A stretch of DNA of 63,573 bases, counting the filler, from Craspedostauros australis (Eukaryota): NCBI GenBank assembly GCA_030167865.1. It is 25 parts of 25 records of this genome, joined end to end, with 100 filler letters (N's around TTAATTAATTAA, not from the genome) between each part and the next. Parts side by side here need not be neighbours in the genome. Positions count along the whole stretch, not along the records: positions 8,217 to 11,620 come from JALAGF010002047.1; positions 11,721 to 15,115 come from JALAGF010002048.1; positions 15,216 to 16,226 come from JALAGF010002049.1; positions 16,327 to 17,882 come from JALAGF010002050.1; positions 17,983 to 21,775 come from JALAGF010002051.1; 20 more parts are not named here. One strand, written 5' to 3'. A program made the position numbers and the translations under genes. The notes beneath the pieces are model-generated. The model was not told the origin of the DNA, did no database searches, and worked only from the letters and a program-made list of their open reading frames with translations. Each line of letters opens with the position of its first letter. The stretch's first letter is position 1. Of this stretch, positions 11,095 to 21,875 are shown in pieces.

Positions 11095-11721
11095 AGTCGT
11101 AGAAAACGTGTGGACTCGACGTGCGTGCTGTGGTGAAAGGTTTGATTGTGTTTGGTGGTGTTGTCAGTGCGTGCATAGTAATATGAGGTATCAAGGGGAA
11201 CGAAGGTGGAGGATCAAGGTGCAAAGTGAGGAATCGCGTGCAATCAGCAGCGCATGTGAATGATTCTAAACCATGGCGCTTGAACATACTACCTGTGAGA
11301 TGATTGAACTCACTGGTTTCATGGAGAGATAGTGGAATGTGGTTGGTTCTGGCGATGAGCTGCCACCTACTTCTGCTGCTTCTGCTCTCGAGTCCCTTGA
11401 GTCCTCAAGCTCGATGACTACCTGGCTCAATTTATGAGATTGATTTGCGAGTTTGTCAATCGCAACACCCAAATCGATGTTGCACGCCTTGATAGCGTGT
11501 TGTGTGCTCGTTGATTCCAAACATCGTGGTCTCCACGATGTTCACAAGACATGACAAACGTGACGGTGACATGATGTTGTGTTTCTGTGATGTGCGCACA
11601 TCTCAGGTTTTGATTGGAACNNNNNNNNNNNNNNNNNNNNNNNNNNNNNNNNNNNNNNNNNNNNTTAATTAATTAANNNNNNNNNNNNNNNNNNNNNNNN
11701 NNNNNNNNNNNNNNNNNNNNC

Positions 11722-12270
11722 GAGAAGTTTTCCTATTTGGTGGTCCAAAAGCGGCTGGCGAACAAGGGCGCGAAGACTGCAACGAATGCGCGCCATGGCA
11801 ATGACAATGACGATGATGATGCTGTCCAGCATCACGAAAGCAAGATGGAGAATGCCACCAAGATCCTTGCCAACTTGCACCGGGGCGCGAAAGATCAACA
11901 CATCCCGACGTTGGAGAAGTACTATCAGCAGGCGATCGATTTGGAAGAGGAATTTGTGGAGGTGGACGATGACGAGTTGGGATTGGAACTGTTACACGGC
12001 GACGACAACCGCGGGGCATTCGGCCGCATCGTCCATGCGCCATTGAAGAAGCGCGGTCATGTGTACATTGACTACTGCGCTGCTCCGGGACGCATCATCC
12101 GTGGTCGGGTCACGAAGAGCATGAACGACTACGCGCCAGGCATCTACGCGTCCGCGCGCAAGAGCAGGTGGGGTGGATACTGGCCAGACACCATGGAGAA
12201 GGTATTCTCCCAAGAACAAAAACAGCAGCAAGATGAAGATGACCAGAGCACGAGCCAGTCGTGCAAGTGA
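11722..12270 (+). CDS. Mitochondrial Rsm22/METTL17 family protein, C-terminal part (haplotype B)
   Basis: EKFSYLV; FGRIVHAPLKKRGHVYIDYC; ARKSRWGGYWP. Confidence 0.85.
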   Translation, partial: EKFSYLVVQKRLANKGAKTATNARHGNDNDDDDAVQHHESKMENATKILANLHRGAKDQHIPTLEKYYQQAIDLEEEFVEVDDDELGLELLHGDDNRGAFGRIVHAPLKKRGHVYIDYCAAPGRIIRGRVTKSMNDYAPGIYASARKSRWGGYWPDTMEKVFSQEQKQQQDEDDQSTSQSCK

Positions 12271-12348
12271 GAAACGCTTGTACGAGTAAGTGTATTGGGA
12301 GAATATGGTAATCTATCTGCACTTGGACGACTTAAATTCAACATGGCG

Positions 12349-14589
12349 TCATGGCATGTGAAGCGCAGTGACCCCATCGCTGTTTTTTAGATCAATCTTG
12401 ATGTCAGCTCCGTCCAGTTCTAACAAATATTCAGAAATGTTGGCGTAGCCCTTTGCGCAAGCAATGTGCAGCGGCGTGTTGCCGTCATTATTTTGGATGT
12501 TGAAGTCCCAGTGATCTTGTTTGTATTTCGATAGAGCCCTGACAATGCGAATGTCTCCACGCTCACAAGCAGCATGAAGGGCAGTGTCGCCGTTGGCGTT
12601 TTGAATGTTCACCCTGACAGTCCTTGGGAACAGTTTCATGGCTTCGTCAACTTTCCTCTCGTCGCAAATGCGCAAGAGAACATGAAGCGCCGTGTCTCCC
12701 TTCTTGTTTTGCCTGTTGAAGTTAATGCTTGCCCGATTCTTGGATATCAGAGATTCAAGTCCTCTGCCATCGATCTTGTTCCAAAATGTCTCTGTGTGGA
12801 ACGGCGCATCATCGTCGGTGAATGGTATGCTTGGGTCAATGTTCCCACCGCGGCACTCTGATAAAAAGTACCTGAAGTCTCCCCGGTCGAGACGCTGTAA
12901 GGCAATATGAAACGGGGTCTCACCTTGGTGGTTCCGCAAGTTGAAGTCGAATCTGTCCCGACCTCTTCCTAGCAAACACCAGATGTTGGTGCCATAATAT
13001 CCCCGAACCGCAATATGAAGCGGAGCGTCGCCATCGTTGTTTTGGATGTTCACGTCGACATGTGACTCCTTGAGAGAAACGATAGCGTAAGCAATATCTG
13101 CGCGATAACCCTGATGTTTGCAAGCAACATGGAGCAGGGCGTTCCCTTCGTTGTTTCGGATGTTCCAGTCGATGTTGCCCTTGGACGCTTCCAGCAACTT
13201 ACGAAAGGTGTCTCGACACTCACGTCTGCATGCGACATGAACAGGAGTATCACCCTTGTTGTTTTGGATGTTAAAGTCAATCGCGTTTGCGTATGTGGAC
13301 AGCAAGAGACGGCAGGAGGCGTGCTGTAAGGCAAGATGGATAGGAGTGTCGCCGTCGTTGTTTCGAACATTGACATCCAGTAAGCCTTTGCTTGATGCAA
13401 CCAAAACTTCCAGTTGTCGCGAGCAATCGTTTCCACACGCATAGTGAAGGGCTGTATTTCCATCATTGTCTTTGATGTTGACGTCAATCACGTCGTTGCG
13501 ACGTTCCAACAATGAAGACAGCATGGATGCGTCACCGTACCGGCATGCTAGGTGGAGCACTGTTCTGCCTCCATTGTCTTTCAGGTTGACGCTATCGTTG
13601 AATTGGTCAAACTTCTGAAGGTATTCCATCGCATCCAAAGGAACGTAGTGCACGACTTGGTGAAGCGGAGTTTGTCCGTATTTGTTTTGGATCTTGATGC
13701 TGGAGCTCGCTGGATCCGACTCTACCATGCACTTCACCATGGTACTACTTTTCTCGCGGCAGGCAACGTGCAACGCAGTCTCCCCGTACGTATTCCTGGC
13801 GCTGAAATCGAGACTGACTCTCTCGGACTTGGTTAGCCACTTGAAAACATCCACATGGCCACCCCGGCAAGCATGATGAAACGCTGTGTCGTTGTCTCGC
13901 CCGCTTCTTCCATTCGCATCAATATCCAATTGCTCTGTTTCAATCAAATGTTTCACCAAGTCCACATGGCCATGACTGCAAGCAGCATGGAAAGGGGACA
14001 ACGCATCTTCGCCATGCAGGTTGACATCCACATTGAGCACGCCCGATTCAGTCAAGTACTCAACAATCTCTTGCCATCCAAGTGCGCAGGCACATCCGAA
14101 TGGAGTCTCGCCAGCTTTGTTCATCACGTTGACGTCCAAGGTGTCATCGTGTGACTCAACCAAGAAGCTCACCATGCCCGTGCTCCCGCGGCGACATGCA
14201 AGATGCAGGACTGTGTCACCATTTGCGTCTTGCGAGTTGATATCCATATTGAAGCGCACTGATTTGGCCAGATACTGAGCCACACTAGTGTGCCCCATCG
14301 CACAAACGACTTGCCATGGTGTTTGGCCACTTGTATTCTTGATGGTGAAGTCGATGCTCTCTGGAATGGACTCAATCAAGTGCTCAACCACGCCCAAGTG
14401 CCCCTCCATGCAAGCGAGATGAAATGGTGTGTTGCCTTGTTCGTCTTTGGTGTTTATGTTGTCGTTGTGTTGGTCAGCCGGGACCAGGAGCCGGACTCTG
14501 TCCAGTTTGCCTGATCGACAAGCATTGTGAAGGACAGAAAAGGCACGAGCCCATCGACCCAGTGGAAACGACATGATGATGAGGAACAC
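12349..14589 (-). CDS. Ankyrin-repeat protein of about 746 aa (version B of 8845-11094)
   Basis: Colinear with version A, with a 3-aa deletion and many substitutions. Confidence 0.92.
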   Translation of the reverse strand: MFLIIMSFPLGRWARAFSVLHNACRSGKLDRVRLLVPADQHNDNINTKDEQGNTPFHLACMEGHLGVVEHLIESIPESIDFTIKNTSGQTPWQVVCAMGHTSVAQYLAKSVRFNMDINSQDANGDTVLHLACRRGSTGMVSFLVESHDDTLDVNVMNKAGETPFGCACALGWQEIVEYLTESGVLNVDVNLHGEDALSPFHAACSHGHVDLVKHLIETEQLDIDANGRSGRDNDTAFHHACRGGHVDVFKWLTKSERVSLDFSARNTYGETALHVACREKSSTMVKCMVESDPASSSIKIQNKYGQTPLHQVVHYVPLDAMEYLQKFDQFNDSVNLKDNGGRTVLHLACRYGDASMLSSLLERRNDVIDVNIKDNDGNTALHYACGNDCSRQLEVLVASSKGLLDVNVRNNDGDTPIHLALQHASCRLLLSTYANAIDFNIQNNKGDTPVHVACRRECRDTFRKLLEASKGNIDWNIRNNEGNALLHVACKHQGYRADIAYAIVSLKESHVDVNIQNNDGDAPLHIAVRGYYGTNIWCLLGRGRDRFDFNLRNHQGETPFHIALQRLDRGDFRYFLSECRGGNIDPSIPFTDDDAPFHTETFWNKIDGRGLESLISKNRASINFNRQNKKGDTALHVLLRICDERKVDEAMKLFPRTVRVNIQNANGDTALHAACERGDIRIVRALSKYKQDHWDFNIQNNDGNTPLHIACAKGYANISEYLLELDGADIKIDLKNSDGVTALHMP

Positions 14590-15215
14590 AGTCGTAGAAA
14601 ACGTGTGGACTCGACGTGCGTGCTGTGGTGAAAGGTTTGATTGTGTTTGGTGGTGTTGTCAGTGCGTGCATAGTAATATGAGGTATCAAGGGGAACGAAG
14701 GTGGAGGATCAAGGTGCAAAGTGAGGAATCGCGTGCAATCAGCAGCGCATGTGAATGATTCTAAACCATGGCGCTTGAACATACTACCTGTGAGATGATT
14801 GAACTCACTGGTTTCATGGAGAGATAGTGGAATGTGGTTGGTTCTGGCGATGAGCTGCCACCTACTTCTGCTGCTTCTGCTCTCGAGTCCCTTGAGTCCT
14901 CAAGCTCGATGACTACCTGGCTCAATTTATGAGATTGATTTGCGAGTTTGTCAATCGCAACACCCAAATCGATGTTGCACGCCTTGATAGCGTGTTGTGT
15001 GCTCGTTGATTCCAAACATCGTGGTCTCCACGATGTTCACAAGACATGACAAACGTGACGGTGACATGATGTTGTGTTTCTGTGATGTGCGCACATCTCA
15101 GGTTTTGATTGGAACNNNNNNNNNNNNNNNNNNNNNNNNNNNNNNNNNNNNNNNNNNNNTTAATTAATTAANNNNNNNNNNNNNNNNNNNNNNNNNNNNN
15201 NNNNNNNNNNNNNNN

Positions 15216-16226
15216 ATCAGGAGGACCAACTGATTCCTTGCTGCCTGTGATCTCCAGTGCTTGGAAGTACAGTTCACCCTTCTTGCGAGAGATTTTGTTT
15301 TTATCATGAATGTACCTGTACTCCGTTGGCGAGACCCAAGTTCGCTTGTACGTAGTCTTCTGCGCTGGGACCATGCGCCCAACACGCTCGAAGTTCACCC
15401 GATACGCCTTTCCTCCTTGCTCAAAGCAGTTATCTGTTGGGGCAAATGCTGTTGATGCAATTGCCATGGTCTTATCAATGTGGCACTTGTGGTGCACAGC
15501 ATGGTCAACAGGCTTAACTCCCATCTGGGGCACATGTTTGAGATGCTTGCGAGTGACAATGGAGTAGAACCACTTTTCGTCCATGTGGACAAGGACAACC
15601 TGCACTTTCTTGAAGAGCTTAGCCGATTCCCAGAACACACAGAAGTCCTTAGCCCAGATGTCGCGCTTTGCTGTAGTGGTGCCATTGATCATAGGGAGTA
15701 TTCTTGTAGAATGGTACTCGCTGCCTTCCAATCCCATGACGAAGTTGCAAATACTCTTCGGACCAACGATTTGCGGGTTTCCGCTGCCTGCCAGTTTCCA
15801 AGCAATTNCGTCCCACGAGNTTGCGCCATTGCACNGTCGCAACACATCCTGGAGCTCAAATTGCAGNAAGGGACCACGCTCCAACCACAAATCAGCCAGT
15901 GCTTTTGCGGATGCCAGCTCTTGAGGCGAAGCAGAGGCATAGGCAGAAGCGATTTCGTCATTCTCGAACTGTTGGCCTGGATGTTTAAGACGTAGTTGTT
16001 TCGCAAAGGCTGCACGCTGTGTGAAATGCTGTCGTTGTTTGATGGGGCAGGTGAAGATGCTGCTGCCTGCGTCACTTCGCTTCTTGCATTCGAGCGTCTC
16101 CGTTTGGAATGTCACAATGTTGCGTCTCACTGTGGTGCGATTGATACCCCATGCATGGGCGATCAACTCTGCATGTGCTGGAATCCCACCCAAATTGAAA
16201 TAGAGAACAGTGTAGTTCCGATTGTC
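15216..16226 (-). mobile_element. IS630/Tc1/mariner transposase fragment resembling the plant/stramenopile DD39D type
   Basis: VLVHMDEKWFY (first catalytic Asp) followed by HKCHIDKTMAI. N-terminal HTH-like IAHAWGINRTTVRR. Confidence 0.7.
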
Positions 16227-16326
16227 NNNNNNNNNNNNNNNNNNNNNNNNNNNNNNNNNNNNNNNNNNNNTTAATTAATTAANNNNNNNNNNNNNNNNNN
16301 NNNNNNNNNNNNNNNNNNNNNNNNNN

Positions 16327-17882
16327 ATCAGTTGAGGCTGTTGAGTGATCTTGTTGAAATCTGGATGAGCAAGACAAGCCTTTGTATTTTGAGATACCAC
16401 TCTCATTGCCGCATCTTCCAACACTGAACAGCTGTGTTGATGGGCGAATATCAGCGTATCAATCATGGTGTCCTTTGTGAGGTGCTTGCGAGCCAACTCT
16501 GCTTCAAGAACAAGCTTGAGTCGCCAGAAGCCGAACTCGTTGGCCACAAGGATCAGCTGCTGCAGATCGTGTTGTCCATTGAGGATGGGAGTTGGCTGGT
16601 CATCGCCANCGNCATGNTCGCTCTCATCGAAGGATATNTCCCCCTTGTAGATGCATTCGATGACATGGCGGACATATTTGGGTTGGAGGTCAGGAAGAGC
16701 CACGGTTGTTTGGATGGAGTCAGTGATCGGATCAGCGACAGGATCAGAGACAGGGACAGCGACAGGGTCAGCGACAGGATCAGTGAGAGACTCGTCCCAC
16801 GACGATGACAGCGAGGATGATGATGACGGTGGGGATGATGGCTTGGTCAAAGATACATGGTGGATTCCAGAGTCGATCAATGTTTGGATCGATGGGACGG
16901 TGACCACAAGGACTCCGCTGTTTGCCTTGATCGGTTGTTGTCGGTCGCCTTGTCCACACAGGAAAACGATGTCTGCGTTCGCCTCGGTACGAACAGCGCT
17001 GCAACGATCTTGGCCGATGCTGATGTTGGTCGTTGTGTTGATGTTCGACTTGTTGTGCTTGGTTGTTGCTGTGGCAGTGCTTGTGATGCTTCGTTTGTGA
17101 AGCTGTAGTTGTGAGCTCAGGTGACTGAGACGCTCCATGATCGATCTCATCATGTTGATCTGATGTGTTGGATCGATCACATCGAGGGGTGTTCTGTTGT
17201 TGTTGTTCTTGATGTCGATATCGATGTTAGCGTTGGCTGATTCGATGAGGCACTTGACGCAGTCAGAATGACCTTCGGAGCATGCGAGATGAAGGGGAGT
17301 GTCACCATCGTTGTTTTTGCAGTTGGCGTTGGCCTTCGCAGAGTCGACGAGGTACTTGACACACTCCAGATGACCATTGTAGCATGCTAGATGAAGAGGA
17401 GTGTCATCATTGTCGTTGATGCAGTTGGCGTTGACCTTCGCAGAGTCGACGAGGTACTTGACACATTCGAGATGACCATTGTGGCATGCCAGATGAAGAG
17501 GAGTGTCATCATCTTCGTTTTCGCAGTTGGCATCGGCCTTCGCAGAGTCGACCAGGTACTTGGCACACTCGAGATGACCATATTCGCATGCCAGATGAAG
17601 AGGAGTGGAATCATCTTCGTCTTTGCAGTTGGCATCGGCCTTCGCAGAGTCGACGAGGTACTTGACACATTCGAGATGACCTTCGGAGCATGCCAGATGA
17701 AGAGGAGTGTTACCATCGTCGTCTTCCCAGTTGGCGTCGGCCTTCGCAGACTCGACGAGGTACTTGGCACACTCTAGATGGCCATTTTGGCATGCCAGAT
17801 GAAGAGGAGTGTCATCATTGTGGTTGATGCAGTTGGCATCGGCCTTCGCAGAGTCGACGAGGTACTTGACACACTCCAGATG
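16327..17882 (-). CDS. Ankyrin-repeat plus BTB/POZ protein, partial at both ends. One continuous frame (the ORF track starts late at 17180)
   Basis: Manual translation gives HLECVKYLVDSAKADANC...TPLHLAC x6 at 102-bp period, running in frame into RTPLDVIDPTHQ...ADIVFLCG...VIECIYKG...LILVANEFGFWRLKLVLEAEL. Confidence 0.88.
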
Positions 17883-18044
17883 NNNNNNNNNNNNNNNNNN
17901 NNNNNNNNNNNNNNNNNNNNNNNNNNTTAATTAATTAANNNNNNNNNNNNNNNNNNNNNNNNNNNNNNNNNNNNNNNNNNNNAACAGAATGGCTGTTCGG
18001 ACACGAGTCGGTTTCTTGAACCGTTGTGGGGTGTGTTGCAGAGT

Positions 18045-18261
18045 GTCCGCTTTCATCGGACTCGCCAGACCTTTGTCGGACTATGGTACTTTCATCGAAC
18101 TGGTCTTAGTTTCATCGAACTGGTCGTACTTTCATCGAACAGGTGTTACTTTCATCGAACAGGTGTTACTTTCATCGAACTGGTGGTACTTTCATCGAAC
18201 TGGTGGTACTTTCATCGAAGTGATGGTACTTTCATCGAACTGGTGGTACTTTCATCGAACT
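18045..18261. repeat. 20-bp minisatellite (TGGTGGTACTTTCATCGAAC), 9 good and 2 degenerate copies
   Basis: TTCATCGAA at exact 20-bp spacing from 18091 to 18251. Confidence 0.95.
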
Positions 18262-18316
18262 TGTGTTCGTTGGAAGGTGTTCGGTATTCAAACGAAATGA
18301 CGTTAAATGCGTTAAA

Positions 18317-20446
18317 CTACAAATTCAATGGTGGTCCATTGAGTCCACCCAGATTTCGTTTGGGGCATTTTGGGATTAGTCCATGTGGTCGAACGCAAAC
18401 ACCATCGAGTTTCAGCCAAATTCCCGTGTCTTGCAGGGAATCAATGAGCCTGTCGGCGGTGCAGGTCGCACCGTACCAAGCGCAGAAGTCGGCATCCATC
18501 AGCCATTTGGTATCGTGCTTCCATTCCGTATCGTTGCGCGTGCTGTAGTACAACGATGCCAGCGCGTACCGCTGTTTCACATGGGGTGCTGTGGCATTCA
18601 CATCGCTGTCGGGTGAGTCAACGGCATCGTTGAAGAAGGCGATGTCCGATAGCAACCACTGGAATGCCTTGTACTGTGGTGACGACGTATCGTCCAAGAC
18701 TCCTGGATTAATGGCTGCAGTTTCCGCTTTCAGCCAGTCTGTGAATTCCGAGCGAAGAATTTCAGGATCTCTTGGTGCTTCTGTCGGCCCACTGGTGCTT
18801 ACTTCTCGCTTTGTGTCGCTGCTGCCATCGATACTGTTGTTGCTGTTTGTGTTGCTATCGCCACTCGATCCTCCTGATGACACCAGGACCACCGCGACAA
18901 TCAGCATGATAACAATCGCCACGCATATGCAGCCGATCAGCATGTACATGCGTCGCTTGTGCGCTAACAATTGTTCGCTGTTGCTGCTGGTGTCATCGTC
19001 GCAACCCTGCTTCATCATGGTGTTCTCACGATTGCCCACCACGGCTTCATCGGCATTCGGAGATCTGCTCTCGTGAATGGTCGTCACTTCCGTGGCATGG
19101 ACGGCGTGGCCGATGATGGTCTGGCGGATCTGCTCTTGGAGATCATCTGTCGCGACGGCGTTGGTGATCGATAGACGCACGCCTTCGGCGCTTGACACCT
19201 GCATGGTCTCCACATCAACATCCACCGGATTAGGTGCCTCGGTCGAGTTTCCACCTTTGTGAGGGGCGCCAATGAAGCACAGGTCGCTGTTTGTGCTGCT
19301 ACGTGATTCGACCAAACCAACAGTGCCGCTATTCGGCGGAGCTACAAAGAGGTTCTCTTCATCATGGCTTTGCCTGCTCTTGACGTCGTTGATGGGGTCA
19401 TTCTCGTGTTTCTCGTTTTGTTCTCTGTGCCCGTTGTCATGGTTGTTGTCGGTGTCGTTCCGGCTCATTGCTGGAGCGTCAGCTTGAGAATACAAGGCGA
19501 TCTTTGCGCTGACTCTGTCTGCGTTGTCTTCAAGCATTGGTGGAATGCCAACAGAAGATACATCGGCGGAGCCAGATGAACGGTGTCTGTCCAAACGGTG
19601 TGGCGGCGTCATTTGCTTGGCACGTTGTGGTGAGAACATTGGCGATCTGTGCGTGATATTGGCACCAGCTTTGCGCCTGGGACTGCCGCTTGGGATGCCC
19701 CTGCTCCTGGTGGCGCCAGGGCCACTTGCATTATTCGTGCCCGATGTTCTACTTCCTTTTGATACGTCCGCTATGCTTGTAACACCAGGATCCGAGGATC
19801 TCGAAGCACGATTCTCTTGCTCCATCTTCGCACGACAGCGCCGGTCATACGACCGAGATCCGCGCTTGGATGTGGACGCAGGTGTCAGTGGCGCGGTCAA
19901 GAACGAGGAGCGCGACTCGGCAGGATCTTCAACTGAGAAACTTGTGACGCTCTCATGTGCATTGAAAATCCCGGGCGATGATGAAACCGCGGAGCCACGT
20001 GGAGCACTCGATCTGATGTTGCCACGGTTGGTGTTCGGGGACGAGAAGGAGGTGGAGGAGGCAGAGTCTGCGTTGCTTTCCGTTGTGGGGCTCAAGAATT
20101 GCTGGCACCGATCGCGGACCGATGGGTCAGTTCGTCGGCGTTGCAGTTCCAAGCTTTCCGCGGCGCTGATGCCATCGCCATGGCGCTGGTTCTGGTGACG
20201 TCGTTCCTCAATAGATCTCCCAACGGATGCGTTCACGTTTGCCAATGGCAACGTCGGTGTCGGCGTTGATGGTGGTGTTGATGTCGATGTTAGCACTGCC
20301 CCTGTGGGCGAAACTCGTGCGTTGGTTGATGGTGCTGGAGGTGAATCTCCGCCACGATCGCTTGTGTCCATGAGGATCAGGGAGTCGCTGTCCAACCGGA
20401 CGGGAGCATCGGGGTGCTTGCGCTCCGCCGAGCCACGCAACGCCAT
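18317..20446 (-). CDS. Diatom-type LRR receptor-like membrane protein, N-terminal part: long S-rich region, one TM helix and the LRR N-cap. No LRRs in this contig
   Basis: TM segment MYMLIGCICVAIVIMLIVAVVLV. Family motifs SPQYKAFQWL, KQRYALASLYYST, WLMDADFCAWYGATC. Confidence 0.8.
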   Translation of the reverse strand: MALRGSAERKHPDAPVRLDSDSLILMDTSDRGGDSPPAPSTNARVSPTGAVLTSTSTPPSTPTPTLPLANVNASVGRSIEERRHQNQRHGDGISAAESLELQRRRTDPSVRDRCQQFLSPTTESNADSASSTSFSSPNTNRGNIRSSAPRGSAVSSSPGIFNAHESVTSFSVEDPAESRSSFLTAPLTPASTSKRGSRSYDRRCRAKMEQENRASRSSDPGVTSIADVSKGSRTSGTNNASGPGATRSRGIPSGSPRRKAGANITHRSPMFSPQRAKQMTPPHRLDRHRSSGSADVSSVGIPPMLEDNADRVSAKIALYSQADAPAMSRNDTDNNHDNGHREQNEKHENDPINDVKSRQSHDEENLFVAPPNSGTVGLVESRSSTNSDLCFIGAPHKGGNSTEAPNPVDVDVETMQVSSAEGVRLSITNAVATDDLQEQIRQTIIGHAVHATEVTTIHESRSPNADEAVVGNRENTMMKQGCDDDTSSNSEQLLAHKRRMYMLIGCICVAIVIMLIVAVVLVSSGGSSGDSNTNSNNSIDGSSDTKREVSTSGPTEAPRDPEILRSEFTDWLKAETAAINPGVLDDTSSPQYKAFQWLLSDIAFFNDAVDSPDSDVNATAPHVKQRYALASLYYSTRNDTEWKHDTKWLMDADFCAWYGATCTADRLIDSLQDTGIWLKLDGVCVRPHGLIPKCPKRNLGGLNGPPLNL

Positions 20447-20509
20447 GGTTGATTCTGACGGCAGCAGTGTTTGTGCTGGCTATTGTGCTCTGGGTATCGT
20501 ATGCTGTGG

Positions 20510-20592
20510 ATCGTATCCTGTGTGTTGTGTCCTGTGTGTTTTGTCCTGTGTGTTGTGTCCTGTGTGTTGTGTCCTGTGTGCTGTGTGTTGTG
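20510..20592. repeat. 14-bp microsatellite-like repeat (TGTGTTGTGTCCTG) upstream of the LRR-like gene
   Basis: Read directly. Confidence 0.8.
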
Positions 20593-21875
20593 ATTGCTGC
20601 CTTCCGTCCCCCACCCGAGAGGGCGCCAAGGAACCTCTTCTGCGAAAGTTATGTCTCGTCTGCGACAGCTGCCTCCTCTTTGCGGAGGCGCGGATGTAAC
20701 CACATCTCCAATGCTCTCTGGGGCTGTTCTGCTTCAATGGGAGCGAATTCGTTTTGACGATCTCATTGTCATTTTGTGAGGGAGTGACAATTTCCAGCTT
20801 CCCTTCAGAAATCACAGTAAACAGAGCACATGATACGCACGATCGTGGATAGAATAAAGTCCAGACACGCTGCGACGTTGCCACGACCCTTGCTTCGCCA
20901 CCCATCGTCACGCGCCTTCGTATCCGAACTCGACTACGACCTGCGTTCATGTCACCAAGGAGAGGCAGCGATGGGGAGAGAAACAGGAGACGGCTCTCGC
21001 GAGCACAAGGGACAATGTCTGGATAAATCACAAGTCGGACTGCTTCCATACGCGGTCATGGGGCCTGTTCAACTGTCCCTTGGTGTCCTATTCCTTGGCT
21101 CTTTCACAAGCCAGGCATTGTTGCTCTTGCCAGCGATGCGGTGTTGACGGGCGAAGAGTAGAATACTTTCTCATGCGAGAGCAGCATAGGTTTTATCATC
21201 TCTCTGCGATCCAGCCTCCTTTCGTCTCTCGTGCTGGATCTCCAGAATTGCCAACGACAGAGGACATGTGACTCCTGATGGGGTCGATGCCAGCACAACT
21301 ACGTGTATCCCTTTACGACCTATCGCCCAATAATTGGGCGATAAACAAATCGAAATCAGTTATTCAAACTTTTGACCCCAACGCCTACGAGTGGGAACCT
21401 CTTTTCTTTACATATTATTAATCTTCTCGAGCTCCTCTTTCCAACCATGCTATCACATTTATATATCTGTTACTGTCTTTAGGTTGATATAGTTGCCTAA
21501 AGTACTCGTGAATCGATTTTGAGCTGCGGGACTGTCGCTCATTCCATTGGCGAGACGCGAATCGCCAAATTGGCGAGGTCGCATTTTCGTTTTTCGAATC
21601 CGCTTCCTTGCCAACACCCACACGTCATGCCTTTGTTGTTACGTATCAGCATGCCTCTTGCTACCAATGTGCTGCTTGCGGGTTGTGGTGCCTGCTTCTC
21701 TTACCGTGCAACGAGCATCGCATCATGTGAGCATCACAGCATCGCAACATCACAGGATGGCTGCATCACAACATCNNNNNNNNNNNNNNNNNNNNNNNNN
21801 NNNNNNNNNNNNNNNNNNNTTAATTAATTAANNNNNNNNNNNNNNNNNNNNNNNNNNNNNNNNNNNNNNNNNNNN

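Noticed and set aside
18045..18261. CRISPR array
   Set aside because: 20-bp period with only about 8 variable, mutually related bases, no cas genes and a eukaryotic context; a minisatellite
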